Source of the DNA: a bacterium
GTDB taxonomy: Bacteria; Bacillota_I; Bacilli_A; RF39; UBA660
Length of the DNA stretch: 64,000 bases
Assembly (NCBI GenBank): GCA_029099845.1
Contig: JAQXOT010000023.1
Location: 150-64,149, forward strand
Direction of reading: 5' to 3'
Both the position numbers and the translations under genes were made by a program. Below are positions 19,876 to 29,403 of the stretch, piece by piece. Below the pieces are notes generated by a model, which did no database searches, was not told the origin of the DNA, and saw only the letters and a list, made by a program, of their open reading frames with translations. The first letter of the stretch is position 1, and every line of letters begins with the position of its first letter.

Positions 19876-21057
19876 CTATCTATTTATTAAGTTAAGTGTA
19901 TCTCTTGCAATCATCAATTCTTCATTAGTTGGTATTACATAAACTAAAATTTTAGAATCGGAAGCACTAATTTTACTAATACCCGTACAATTATTATTTA
20001 ATTCATCATCAATAACAACACCTAAACAAGCCAACTGTTCACAAACCTCTTTACGTATTAAACTATTATTTTCACCAACACCAGCCGTAAACACAAGAAC
20101 ATCTGCTCCACCCAATAAAACATAATACTGAGCAATATAATCAACAATTCGGCGAATATACTTACGTTTAGCAATAATAGCTTCTTCATCTCCCAAACTA
20201 CACTTAGCTAAAACATCACGCATATCACTACTACATTCACTTAATCCTAATAATCCACTTCTTCTATTTAAATCATCAATAACTTCGCTGGCATTCTTGC
20301 CTTCTTTCTCCATTACATAAGGAATAATAGATGGATCAACATCACCAGAACGTGTTCCCATCATTATTCCAGCAAGAGGTGTAAATCCCATTGAAGTATC
20401 AACACATTTACCATCTTTAATTGCTGTAATAGACCCTCCATTACCAATATGACAACTTATTAATCGATATTCTGATGTATCTAATAACTTTTTAACTTGT
20501 GATGCTATATAACGATGACTAGTACCATGAGCTCCATATTTTCTTACACCATACTCTTTATACCATTTATAAGGAACCGCATATAAATAAGCATCCTCTT
20601 CCATTGTCTGATGAAAAGCCGTATCAAAAACAGCAACATGTACAGCCTCTGGCAAAGCGCGCCTAAAGGCTTCAATGCCTAACATATTAGCAGGATTATG
20701 TAATGGGGCAAAAGATTTTATTTCTTCTAACTTTTCCATAACGGTATCATTAATAACAACAGAAGAATTAAAAACATCTTTTCCTTGAACAATTCTATGA
20801 CCGACACCATGAATTTCATATAAAGACTCAATAATATCTAAAGAAATTAATTTTTCAAGTAAAATATTAACAGCCTCCAAATGAGTTGGTAAGAAAACCT
20901 CTTGCCTAATCTTTTCAGAATTAAACTTAATAGTATAAAAACTACCCTCAATACCAATTCTTTCAAATTGCCCACTAGCAATTACACTCTCATCATCCAT
21001 ATTAAATAAACTAAATTTTAAAGAACTACTACCCGCATTAATGGATAAAATTTTCAT
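19876..21057 (-). CDS. ackA: Acetate kinase
   Basis: INAGSSSLK, GHRIVQG, APLHN, TSMGFTPLAG, TNEE. Confidence 0.97.
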   Translation of the reverse strand: MKILSINAGSSSLKFSLFNMDDESVIASGQFERIGIEGSFYTIKFNSEKIRQEVFLPTHLEAVNILLEKLISLDIIESLYEIHGVGHRIVQGKDVFNSSVVINDTVMEKLEEIKSFAPLHNPANMLGIEAFRRALPEAVHVAVFDTAFHQTMEEDAYLYAVPYKWYKEYGVRKYGAHGTSHRYIASQVKKLLDTSEYRLISCHIGNGGSITAIKDGKCVDTSMGFTPLAGIMMGTRSGDVDPSIIPYVMEKEGKNASEVIDDLNRRSGLLGLSECSSDMRDVLAKCSLGDEEAIIAKRKYIRRIVDYIAQYYVLLGGADVLVFTAGVGENNSLIRKEVCEQLACLGVVIDDELNNNCTGISKISASDSKILVYVIPTNEELMIARDTLNLINR

Positions 21058-21197
21058 AGTACTCCCTCTTTTCTAAAAAACCTATAAATATTATACTACA
21101 AGCCTAAAAATATTAAAAGAGGCAAAATTTACCCAAACATCTGTCTTGTTTTTACATAACAAAAAGATAGGAAACCCTATCTTTTAAGCTATACTAC

Positions 21198-21413
21198 CTA
21201 TTTATTTGTATTATAGCTTCCACTTACTTGATTTAAACCATTTTGTACTAAACGTCTAGTAATTTCACCACCAACAGTACCATTAGCACGGCTAGTTGCA
21301 TCAGCTCCTAGATTAACACCAAATTCATTAGCAATTTCGTATTTCATCTTATCAATAGCTTGTTTAGCACCTGGAACTCTCATTTTCATAGAAGAATTCT
21401 TTGTATTATTCAT
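21198..21413 (-). CDS. sspA: alpha/beta-type small acid-soluble spore protein
   Basis: [34 protein letters not shown]; sits next to thiI as sspA does in B. subtilis. Confidence 0.92.
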   Translation of the reverse strand: MNNTKNSSMKMRVPGAKQAIDKMKYEIANEFGVNLGADATSRANGTVGGEITRRLVQNGLNQVSGSYNTNK

Positions 21414-21435
21414 TATTTCACCTCCTATACACTAA

Positions 21436-21464
21436 TAGGTTGTGAAAAAAATAAATTTTAATAC
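21436..21464 (-). promoter_or_regulatory. sigma-G-like promoter of the SASP gene (GTATT-17-CAACCTA)
   Basis: Near match to the GHATA-17/18-CATACTA consensus upstream of a known sigma-G-type gene. Confidence 0.55.
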
Positions 21465-21482
21465 CTAAAATCAATTGGAAAT

Positions 21483-22670
21483 TTATAACAATTCAGAAAA
21501 CTCACTTTCAACAGCATCTATAATTTTTATAGTATTTAAATTATTTAAAGCCTCTGTAATCATACTTTCATAATCAAATTTATTTTCTTCATATATAGCT
21601 GTACTTAACTTTGGATTAATCACTGGATGCTTTGGTACAAATACCGTACAGCAATCCTCAAAAGGTAAAATACTAGTTTCATAAGTATCTATTTTTTTAG
21701 CAATATCTATTATTTCCAATTTATCAAGACAAGCAACAGGTCTAATAACAGGAACATTAGTAACACTATTAATAACAGACATACTAACAAGTGTCTGACT
21801 AGCAACTTGTCCAATTGATTCACCATTTACAATTACATATCCTCCACGATCTTTAACTATTTTTTCCATAATACGATACATCATTCTTCGCATAATAGTA
21901 ATACAATAGTCACCACGGCAATTTTTATAAATAGCTTCCTGTATTGGAGTAAAATTAACAATATGCAAGTTAATACTATCTGTATATTTAGCAAGCTTTT
22001 TTGTTAAAGTAATAACCTTATTTCGTGCTTCCAAACTAGTATGTGGAATAGCTTCAAAATAAACTGCTTCCAATTTTACCCCACGTTTCATTGCCAAATA
22101 ACCCGCAACAGGTGAATCAATGCCACCTGATAGCATCAAAAATCCCTTTGGTTGCGTTCCAACTGGATATCCACCACTACCCTGATAATCATTTAAATAA
22201 ATAAAACTATTATTTTCACGAATCTCAACTTGAATAAGTAACTCTGGATTATGAACATCAACACTAATATCAGCTGTATTTTTTAAAATATAACCACCAA
22301 TAATTTTACTAGTTTCTAAACTATCAGTAGGAAAGTCTTTAAAACTACGTTTAGTTTCCACTTTAAAAGTTGAAAAATGTAAATTTTTAATAACTTCAAG
22401 CACTCTCTTTTTAATAGCTTCTATATTAGTATCAACAATATAAGCAATATGATACTTATGAATTCCAAAAACCTTATCAATTACTTTCTTTATCTCATCA
22501 AGTTCTTGATCTTTAAATTCAATATACATTCTTGCTCTATCTTTACTAATTTTAACATCAAAAGTTTTTAATTTATTTTTAATATTATTATACAAAGTAT
22601 TTATAAAAAAATTACGATTTCCTTTTTTTGTACTAAGTTCCCCATATTTAATTAATATAACTCGATCCAT
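21483..22670 (-). CDS. thiI: tRNA 4-thiouridine synthase ThiI
   Basis: KYGELSTKKGNR, THUMP domain, LSGGIDSPVA PP-loop, GQVASQT, EDCC. Confidence 0.96.
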   Translation of the reverse strand: MDRVILIKYGELSTKKGNRNFFINTLYNNIKNKLKTFDVKISKDRARMYIEFKDQELDEIKKVIDKVFGIHKYHIAYIVDTNIEAIKKRVLEVIKNLHFSTFKVETKRSFKDFPTDSLETSKIIGGYILKNTADISVDVHNPELLIQVEIRENNSFIYLNDYQGSGGYPVGTQPKGFLMLSGGIDSPVAGYLAMKRGVKLEAVYFEAIPHTSLEARNKVITLTKKLAKYTDSINLHIVNFTPIQEAIYKNCRGDYCITIMRRMMYRIMEKIVKDRGGYVIVNGESIGQVASQTLVSMSVINSVTNVPVIRPVACLDKLEIIDIAKKIDTYETSILPFEDCCTVFVPKHPVINPKLSTAIYEENKFDYESMITEALNNLNTIKIIDAVESEFSELL

Positions 22671-22740
22671 AATTACACCACCAGCAATATACTAGCATAA
22701 AAAAAAAGAAAAGTACACAAAAAAAGGTGATTATCACCTT

Positions 22741-24450
22741 CTAATAGCCCTCATTATTAAACAACTTCTTTGAAATATCTATATCAACCATTTCAATAGA
22801 TTTAATAGCAATATCCAAGGCTTTTTTATAATCACCAACATAAAACTTTTTCTTTGCATCATCAAGACCGGCACTAACCTCAGCATAAACTCTATATCGA
22901 TTACCGTAAACCATCGCAATTTCTGCACATTGAGCTGTTCTAATCATATCATTAGTAGTATTATAAAGTTTCAAAACTAAATCCCTAGCGGTATCAACTC
23001 GCGTATTTAAAATTGTAATTGCAATAGGCTTCTTTTCAAGTTCTTTAATAACCTCCATAATTGCCTCATTAGCTTCCGATAACTGAACAAAATAATTATC
23101 CGTAATAACTGGCAATTTATAGCTACGCATCTTAGTCTTACACTGCTTTAAAAACATCTGAATTTCATCAAGTTGTTCCCTTGCCCGAACCTCATCATCA
23201 TACATATTACCAAGCGACTTCAAAGCCTTATCTAAATCAACCTCTAAAGCCTTCAATCGCAAAGTTAAATCCTCCATCTCTTTATTGACAACAGAATATG
23301 GTGAAGATTTAACTTCTACCTTATTAATAACCTTTTTATAATCATCATTAATAACAACTAATTCTTTATTAACCTTGTGAATTATCTCAACATCTTCATC
23401 ATGTAAATCATATAATTTTTTTATATCATCAAGTTGCATATAAATATCATTAACTAATTTATTAGTTTTAACAATTTTCTTTGAAAAATCTCCCTCTACT
23501 TCATCATATACTTTTCGAGATAACCTTTCTTTTTCAAAATCAACAAATAATGAATCTAAGTACTCCAACATAGTTTTTAAATCAAACATGCAGCCCTCTA
23601 AATTCAAAACATTAACTTTTTCCAATATAACTTCGATATTCTTTTTAATCTCATCTAAATTATAATCTATATTTAGGTAATCAAGTGGAAATTCCTGCTT
23701 TACCATTTCATCATAAGTATTTTTAATTTCCTCAATTCTATTCGGAATAATCTTTTTACTCATAAGCAATACATCTGGAACCTCATTAACAATTATTTCC
23801 ATATGCTCAATCATTGCATCAAGGGCCTTAACAATATGCACAACTTCATTGTAATCATTATCTTCCATTACTTTTTCAAAATCCAAAAAACGTCTCTCAA
23901 TATTTTCTAATTGTAAAGAAACAGATTCCTGAATTTCTCCGTACAAATCCTTATGGTTTTGAAATTCCTTATTCAAAAAACGATATTTAGTTTTTAATTT
24001 AGTAACAATAGAACGATACTTTTCTTCACTTAAAGTAATGTCTTTTATTTCTCCTAATATATGATCTGCAGCTTCTCTGACTTTATAAATTTCCATTTCT
24101 ACTTTTGCCATTCGATAACCACAAGATTTATAATCTCTCTTATCAATATATATATCTAAATCAATTAACATATCATCAATAAGCGTTAACCGATTTTCTT
24201 TCAACTTAATAAATTCATCTTGCCACTTATTATATTTTTCTTCCATTCTATCATTTTTAATAATTGGCTCAACTTTTGATAATTCCAATAAAACCGGTGT
24301 ACTAGCTACAATATTACGTTGCACTTCTAAATTCTTAATTCTATCCCGATAATACTTCATTTCAACTTTCCTAATAAAATGAAGTATGATAATAACAATA
24401 ACAAGCGCTATAACAATAGCTGAACCAATAATTAAATACTGTCCTGTCAC
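22741..24450 (-). CDS. ezrA: Septation ring formation regulator EzrA
   Basis: N-terminal TM helix, long helical repeats, YGNRY patch near C-terminus; divergent from rpsD as in Bacilli. Confidence 0.88.
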   Translation of the reverse strand: MTGQYLIIGSAIVIALVIVIIILHFIRKVEMKYYRDRIKNLEVQRNIVASTPVLLELSKVEPIIKNDRMEEKYNKWQDEFIKLKENRLTLIDDMLIDLDIYIDKRDYKSCGYRMAKVEMEIYKVREAADHILGEIKDITLSEEKYRSIVTKLKTKYRFLNKEFQNHKDLYGEIQESVSLQLENIERRFLDFEKVMEDNDYNEVVHIVKALDAMIEHMEIIVNEVPDVLLMSKKIIPNRIEEIKNTYDEMVKQEFPLDYLNIDYNLDEIKKNIEVILEKVNVLNLEGCMFDLKTMLEYLDSLFVDFEKERLSRKVYDEVEGDFSKKIVKTNKLVNDIYMQLDDIKKLYDLHDEDVEIIHKVNKELVVINDDYKKVINKVEVKSSPYSVVNKEMEDLTLRLKALEVDLDKALKSLGNMYDDEVRAREQLDEIQMFLKQCKTKMRSYKLPVITDNYFVQLSEANEAIMEVIKELEKKPIAITILNTRVDTARDLVLKLYNTTNDMIRTAQCAEIAMVYGNRYRVYAEVSAGLDDAKKKFYVGDYKKALDIAIKSIEMVDIDISKKLFNNEGY

Positions 24451-24556
24451 ATTATCACCTCTATCCTAGATATACCTATTTTAACACAAATATTTGACAA
24501 TTTTCTACTATTTTATAAAATATTAAAATAATTTTTAAGCCTATCTTTAAAAATGC

Positions 24557-24750
24557 TTGACATATCAACAAACCTACCATATAATTAAAAATGCAAATTA
24601 ACTTGAAACAGCAGATTTTAGAATATTTTAAAGTGTTTTATTTAATGTCAAGTAACTATTGCTGTTTATGCGAACAACAAAGAAAAACTCCCTAAAATAT
24701 GGCTAAATCAACTTTCAAGAATTGTAATATAACAGAAAGGAGACAAAAAT
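24557..24750 (+). promoter_or_regulatory. rpsD promoter (TTGACA-17-TATAAT) and about 160-nt structured leader, probably an S4 autoregulatory RNA
   Basis: Consensus sigma-A boxes at 24557-62 and 24580-85. The leader has complementary arms AAACAGCAG/TTGCTGTTT and TTGAAA/TTTCAA. S4 leaders are known in Bacilli. Confidence 0.65.
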
Positions 24751-25353
24751 ATGGCAAGATATACTGGTCCAAGCTACAAACAAGCTCGTCGTGTTGGTTT
24801 TTCTATCAGTGAAACTGGTAAAGAATTAGCAAAACGTCCTTATGGTCCTGGTCAACATGGAAATGAACGTAAAGGAAAATTATCTGATTACGGAACACAA
24901 TTAAAAGAAAAACAAAAAGTACGTTTCATGTATGGTTTAAATGAAAGACAATTCCATAAAACATTTGTTGAAGCTGAAAAAATGGAAGGAATTCAAGGTA
25001 CTAACTTCTTAAGATTACTTGAATCTCGCTTAGATAACCTAGTTTATCGTATTGGTTTCGCATCAACGCGTCGTGGAGCTAGACAACTTGTTAACCACGG
25101 ACACGTAACTGTAAATGGTAAAAAAGTTGATATTCCATCATACAGAGTAAAAGTTGGTGACGTTATTTCTCTTAAAGAAGATGACAAGAACCTAAAAGTA
25201 GTTGAAGAATCTTTAGCAAAAGTTTCAAAGCGTGTTGATTTCATTACTTATGATGAAAACAAAAAAGAAGGAACTTATGTAAGATTACCTGAAAGAAATG
25301 AATTAAATGCTGATATCGATGAAGCATTAATCGTTGAATTCTATAACAAGTAA
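24751..25353 (+). CDS. rpsD: 30S ribosomal protein S4
   Basis: [27 protein letters not shown]. Confidence 0.99.
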   Translation: MARYTGPSYKQARRVGFSISETGKELAKRPYGPGQHGNERKGKLSDYGTQLKEKQKVRFMYGLNERQFHKTFVEAEKMEGIQGTNFLRLLESRLDNLVYRIGFASTRRGARQLVNHGHVTVNGKKVDIPSYRVKVGDVISLKEDDKNLKVVEESLAKVSKRVDFITYDENKKEGTYVRLPERNELNADIDEALIVEFYNK

Positions 25354-25381
25354 AAAAGAACTAAAATTAGTTCTTTTTTTT
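25352..25381 (+). terminator. rpsD intrinsic terminator
   Basis: AAAAAAGAACTAA-AA-TTAGTTCTTTTTTT hairpin. Confidence 0.8.
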
Positions 25382-25530
25382 GTATACAAATTTAGCAAAA
25401 AAATAAAAACCAAATATTATGTTCATTATTTTGATTTACATAGATAATACATAAATTAGTCATAAAATTAAATAACTCAAGCATTATACACAAATAATAT
25501 ATGAACTTTACTATTAAGTATAAAATTATA

Positions 25531-25564
25531 CAAAAAAAAGACAGTATGACTAAATCACACTGCC
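25531..25564 (-). terminator. Intrinsic terminator downstream of the WXG100-like fragment
   Basis: GGCAGTGTGA-TTTAG-TCATACTGTC followed by a T tract on the minus strand. Confidence 0.7.
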
Positions 25565-25585
25565 ACATAAGTAACTACACGCTTA

Positions 25586-25738
25586 TTATACTGATTGTCC
25601 AGCAATAGTACCAGTATCTGAACCTAAATCACCAGAAATATCAGCATCTTGTTGAGCGTAAACAGTTTGAACACTATTAACAATTTCAGCTTCAGCAGCT
25701 TTTAACTTATTTAAATAAGATATTGAAACCTCTACTTT
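25586..25738 (-). pseudogene. 3' fragment of a WXG100-like (type VII secretion substrate) gene
   Basis: Start-less frame KVEVSISYLNKLKAAEAEIVNSVQTVYAQQDADISGDLGSDTGTIAGQSV ending TAA TAA; helical, with a YxxxD motif. Confidence 0.5.
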
Positions 25739-25889
25739 TTAAAATCCCCCCCTCAGAATTAGAATCAATATTTATAGAATTTTCCATTCCTGTATCATAT
25801 GACTTATAAGAAAAAAGTAAAGCACCATCCACTTTTGCTGGCAAATTATATTTTACTAAGTTATTCTTTTCCTGAATATATAATCTCAT
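25707..25889 (-). pseudogene. 5' fragment resembling the N-terminus of EssC (type VII secretion ATPase)
   Basis: MRLYIQEKNNLVKYNLPAKVDG...INIDS...ILKS resembles the N-terminal FHA-like region of Firmicute EssC as I recall it. Promoter and RBS intact; truncated after about 50 codons. Confidence 0.5.
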
Positions 25890-25999
25890 ATGAAATCCCA
25901 CCTATTATGTTAACATTGTATCAAATTACCAAAACAAAGTCCATAAATTAAAAATATTTCAAATTATTTTTAATAAAAAGTAAAAATAAAATTTCTAAT

Positions 26000-26542
26000 C
26001 TATCTATCCTTTACTTCTATTTCCTCACAATAACAGTTTTTAATATCAAAATCTAATAAATTAGAAGAATGATTAGTTCCTCTTAAAATATGATGTAAAG
26101 CTCTTATTGGTGCACCATGAGAAACAATTAAAATATCCTGTCCAGGGTGTCGCTCATATAAATAATTTAGAAAATCTTCGCATCTCGCAAAAATATCCTG
26201 TACTTTCTCAACCTCATTATCACCTAAATTAAGGTCATAATCCCAATATTTATTAACATCATACAACTCCCTACTCTTTCCCTCTAAAGTTCCCATATCA
26301 CGTTCTATAAGTCTCTTATCTGTTACTGTTTCAACACGTTCACCAATTAAAATTATCGCAGTCTCTACTGTTCTTAATAATGGAGACATATAGCAAACAT
26401 CAAAATGCTTATCTAATAATTCCGTCCTTAATTTTTTACATTGTCTTCTTCCTTCATCATTTAAATAATTATTAGTTAATCCTTGAATTTTATTTTCATA
26501 ATTAAAATCCGTTTGTCCATGTCTAACCAAAGTAATTTTCAT
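26000..26542 (-). CDS. Histidine phosphatase (phosphoglycerate mutase family)
   Basis: LVRHGQT, SPLLR, VSHG motifs. Confidence 0.92.
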   Translation of the reverse strand: MKITLVRHGQTDFNYENKIQGLTNNYLNDEGRRQCKKLRTELLDKHFDVCYMSPLLRTVETAIILIGERVETVTDKRLIERDMGTLEGKSRELYDVNKYWDYDLNLGDNEVEKVQDIFARCEDFLNYLYERHPGQDILIVSHGAPIRALHHILRGTNHSSNLLDFDIKNCYCEEIEVKDR

Positions 26543-26627
26543 ACCCTACCTCCAATATTTTTAATACACAACTATAATAGCAAAATAAAACTGTTTTTTC
26601 CACAATAAAAGAGGAAAACTGTTTCCT

Positions 26628-27854
26628 CTATTCATAAATTCCAATATAATATTTCTTTTTACCTCTTCTAATAACAACATATTTAGAACATAAACAAATA
26701 TCACTTGAAACAACAAAGTTTTGATCCACAACTTTATCACCATTAACACTAATAGAACCACTAGAAATAAGTTCACGAGCTTCTCTTTTACTAGAACAAA
26801 CTCCCCCAGTAATCAACAAATCTACAAGTGGCATATCACCATCAATTTTAAATGGAGTTAATCCTTTGAAAGCATCTTTGATATCATTTTCAGTAAAAGA
26901 TTTTATATTACCACTAAATAAAGCCTCACTTATTCTAACTGCTTCTTGATAAGCCTCTTCACCATGTAAATCTGTAATTACCTCACGTGCTAAAATCTTA
27001 TGTGCCTCACGCAATTCTGGTCTTTCCTTATGCCTTTTTTCAATTTCCTCTATTTCTTCCCTACTCAAAAAAGTAAGCTTTTTTAAATAATCAATAATCA
27101 TACAATCTTCAAGATTAATCAAATATTGATAAAGTTCATAACTAGATGTCTTATTTCTATCTAACCATAAAGCATTACCCTCTGTTTTACCAAATTTTAC
27201 TCCATTAGAATCTGTAACAAGTGGCATAACCATTCCATAAACCTCTTTATCAAGTTTTTTTCTAACCAACTCAATACCAGAAGTAATATTTCCCCATTGA
27301 TCAGAGCCAGCCACCTGCAATACACAATTTCTTGTTTCATATAAATGCATAAAATCCAAAGCCTGTAAAATCATATAAGAAAATTCTGCATATGTAATGC
27401 CTGAATCTAATCTTGATTTAACCTTATCTTTAGCCAACATATAATTAACATTAAAATATTTACCATAATCTCTTAAAAAATCAATTACATTAATATCCTT
27501 GATCCAATCAAAATTATTAACAACTTCAAAACCAAATATCTTCTCTGCTTGAGCCTTTAACCCTTTAAAATTATGTTCAACTTCTTCTTTAGAAATCATA
27601 GGGCGCTCAGCCGTAGGCTTAGGATCTCCAATTAATCCAGTAGCTCCACCTACCAAAAGAATCGGATGATGTCCAGCTTTAGCCAATCTTTTTGAAATTA
27701 AAAATGACGAATAATGTCCAATATGCATAGAATCAGCCGTAGGATCAGTACCTATATAAAAAGTAAGTCCCCCTTCATTTAGTTTATCAATCAATTCAGG
27801 ACTAGAAATATCTTGTACTAATCCTCTCCATTGTAAATCTTCAAATAAAGTCAT
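26628..27854 (-). CDS. tyrS: Tyrosine--tRNA ligase
   Basis: DPTADSMHIGH, GSDQWGNI, KFGKT, S4-like C-terminus. Confidence 0.98.
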   Translation of the reverse strand: MTLFEDLQWRGLVQDISSPELIDKLNEGGLTFYIGTDPTADSMHIGHYSSFLISKRLAKAGHHPILLVGGATGLIGDPKPTAERPMISKEEVEHNFKGLKAQAEKIFGFEVVNNFDWIKDINVIDFLRDYGKYFNVNYMLAKDKVKSRLDSGITYAEFSYMILQALDFMHLYETRNCVLQVAGSDQWGNITSGIELVRKKLDKEVYGMVMPLVTDSNGVKFGKTEGNALWLDRNKTSSYELYQYLINLEDCMIIDYLKKLTFLSREEIEEIEKRHKERPELREAHKILAREVITDLHGEEAYQEAVRISEALFSGNIKSFTENDIKDAFKGLTPFKIDGDMPLVDLLITGGVCSSKREARELISSGSISVNGDKVVDQNFVVSSDICLCSKYVVIRRGKKKYYIGIYE

Positions 27855-28399
27855 TATTTTCTTTCCTCCTCTAATTTTAAATTATAAATTTCTTCAATAT
27901 TATACCCATAATCTAAATAAAGACTTTCAACATCTTTAGTAGTAGCATCTTCTTTTTTTAACCCAAGAAGACTAAGAACACTATAAACATCATCCTCACT
28001 AGAACCCTCAATTTCCAAATAAGTAGGAATAAGTGGCCAATAATCAATATCAATTTCTACTCCATTAAGTATATACTGAACTCTGCGATTTTCTTGATAA
28101 CCTTTTGCTTCATAACCCAATTCCTTTAAAATTAAATTAGTTCTTTCAAAGTCACCAACACTAACCTCTAATTCTTGCGTGCCATCAATCTCACTAGATA
28201 CTAAATTCTTAATCGTCAAAGTTGTTTTATCGCCATTAGTCCGAAGTCTAATCCATTTACCATCAACTTTAGGAATAAAATCATATACATATCTTCGTTG
28301 CAACTTATCCCAACAAAATTCTGCGCCTATATCTTTTAGCTTTTTTTCAATATCTTTGACATTAATTTCTAAAACTCTAACCTCATATTCTGTTCGCAT
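27854..28399 (-). CDS. CYTH (class IV adenylate cyclase / triphosphate tunnel) domain protein
   Basis: EYEVR N-terminal motif, WIRLR, LTIK, QELE, YLEIE; stop overlaps the tyrS start (TAATG). Confidence 0.85.
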   Translation of the reverse strand: MRTEYEVRVLEINVKDIEKKLKDIGAEFCWDKLQRRYVYDFIPKVDGKWIRLRTNGDKTTLTIKNLVSSEIDGTQELEVSVGDFERTNLILKELGYEAKGYQENRRVQYILNGVEIDIDYWPLIPTYLEIEGSSEDDVYSVLSLLGLKKEDATTKDVESLYLDYGYNIEEIYNLKLEEERK

Positions 28400-28410
28400 A
28401 GCATTCCTCC

Positions 28411-28615
28411 TAAAAAAAAAACGAACATTCCATCACTAAGGACGAAATATTCGCGGTACCACCTTAATTCATAAGTAAAACTTATGCACTTTACTATTTT
28501 AACGCAATAAACGCTTTTCTCCTAATATTGTAATTCAAAACTAATCATCTCCTAGTTTTCACCAACCACTAAGTCTCTAACAAAATAACTAATTTCTACT
28601 AATATATTAATCATC
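28411..28615 (-). promoter_or_regulatory. Tyrosine T-box riboswitch leader
   Basis: AAGGTGGTACCGCG T-box (28452-65), AGAGA and GGTGAAA stem I motifs, specifier TAC at 28530-32, terminator with T tract. Ends approximate. Confidence 0.92.
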
Positions 28616-28677
28616 AAAAATATAAATGTATTATATCATAATTAAGTAAATCATCAAGAAAAAAATAAGCATAATGC

Positions 28678-29088
28678 TTACTTTTTAGTAGAAGTTTCCA
28701 ATCTTTTCAAAACATCCTTAGTAACAAGAACTGCTGTTTTCTTAACTTCTTCAGCTGCATTACGTAATACTGGGGTACCCTTATCAACTGCTAATTGTAC
28801 CAATTCCTCAACTTTTTCCTTTATTTGCACAGCTTTTTCTTGAGCAATTTCTAATACTTTTTCTTTATCAAGATCATCCAAATTAGCTTTAATATCATCA
28901 AGTCTTTTATCAAACTCATCTTTTACTTCGGAAACATCAATTTCCTTAATTTTAGTCATCAATTCATCAATTTTAACCTTTAATTCAGCTCTTAAATCGC
29001 TTCCCTTTTTAGGAGCAAACAAAAGTCCTAAACCAGCTCCTAATGCTGCACCAGCAAAAAATTTACCAAAACCTTTTTTCTTACTCAT
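28678..29088 (-). CDS. YtxH-like general stress protein
   Basis: FFAGAALGAGLGLLFAPKKGSDLR signature; ATG at 29088. Confidence 0.88.
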   Translation of the reverse strand: MSKKKGFGKFFAGAALGAGLGLLFAPKKGSDLRAELKVKIDELMTKIKEIDVSEVKDEFDKRLDDIKANLDDLDKEKVLEIAQEKAVQIKEKVEELVQLAVDKGTPVLRNAAEEVKKTAVLVTKDVLKRLETSTKK

Positions 29089-29389
29089 CTGTATCTTCCT
29101 CCTCTTTCTTACTTTTTTTATTTGATTTTTTTCCAACTAAGCTATGAACAAGCCTAGCAATGGCATTAACTATAGTATCACTAAGCAATGCGATGCTATC
29201 AGTAGTCTTATCAATTAATGAAAATGCCCTATTTAAAGAATTAACTTTATCCTCAACATTATCAACAAGTCGATCTACCTTTCCTAGCATCATAATTAAT
29301 TTTATTCCTAATACTATTAAAACTATTAATAATATTATACCAAAAACGTATAATAATACCAGCAAAATTAAATTTAAAGTATTATCCAT
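29081..29389 (-). CDS. YtxG/DUF948-like membrane-anchored coiled-coil protein
   Basis: TM helix plus heptad region, immediately upstream of ytxH. Confidence 0.65.
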   Translation of the reverse strand: MDNTLNLILLVLLYVFGIILLIVLIVLGIKLIMMLGKVDRLVDNVEDKVNSLNRAFSLIDKTTDSIALLSDTIVNAIARLVHSLVGKKSNKKSKKEEEDTDE

Positions 29390-29403
29390 AAAAATTCTCC
29401 TTT

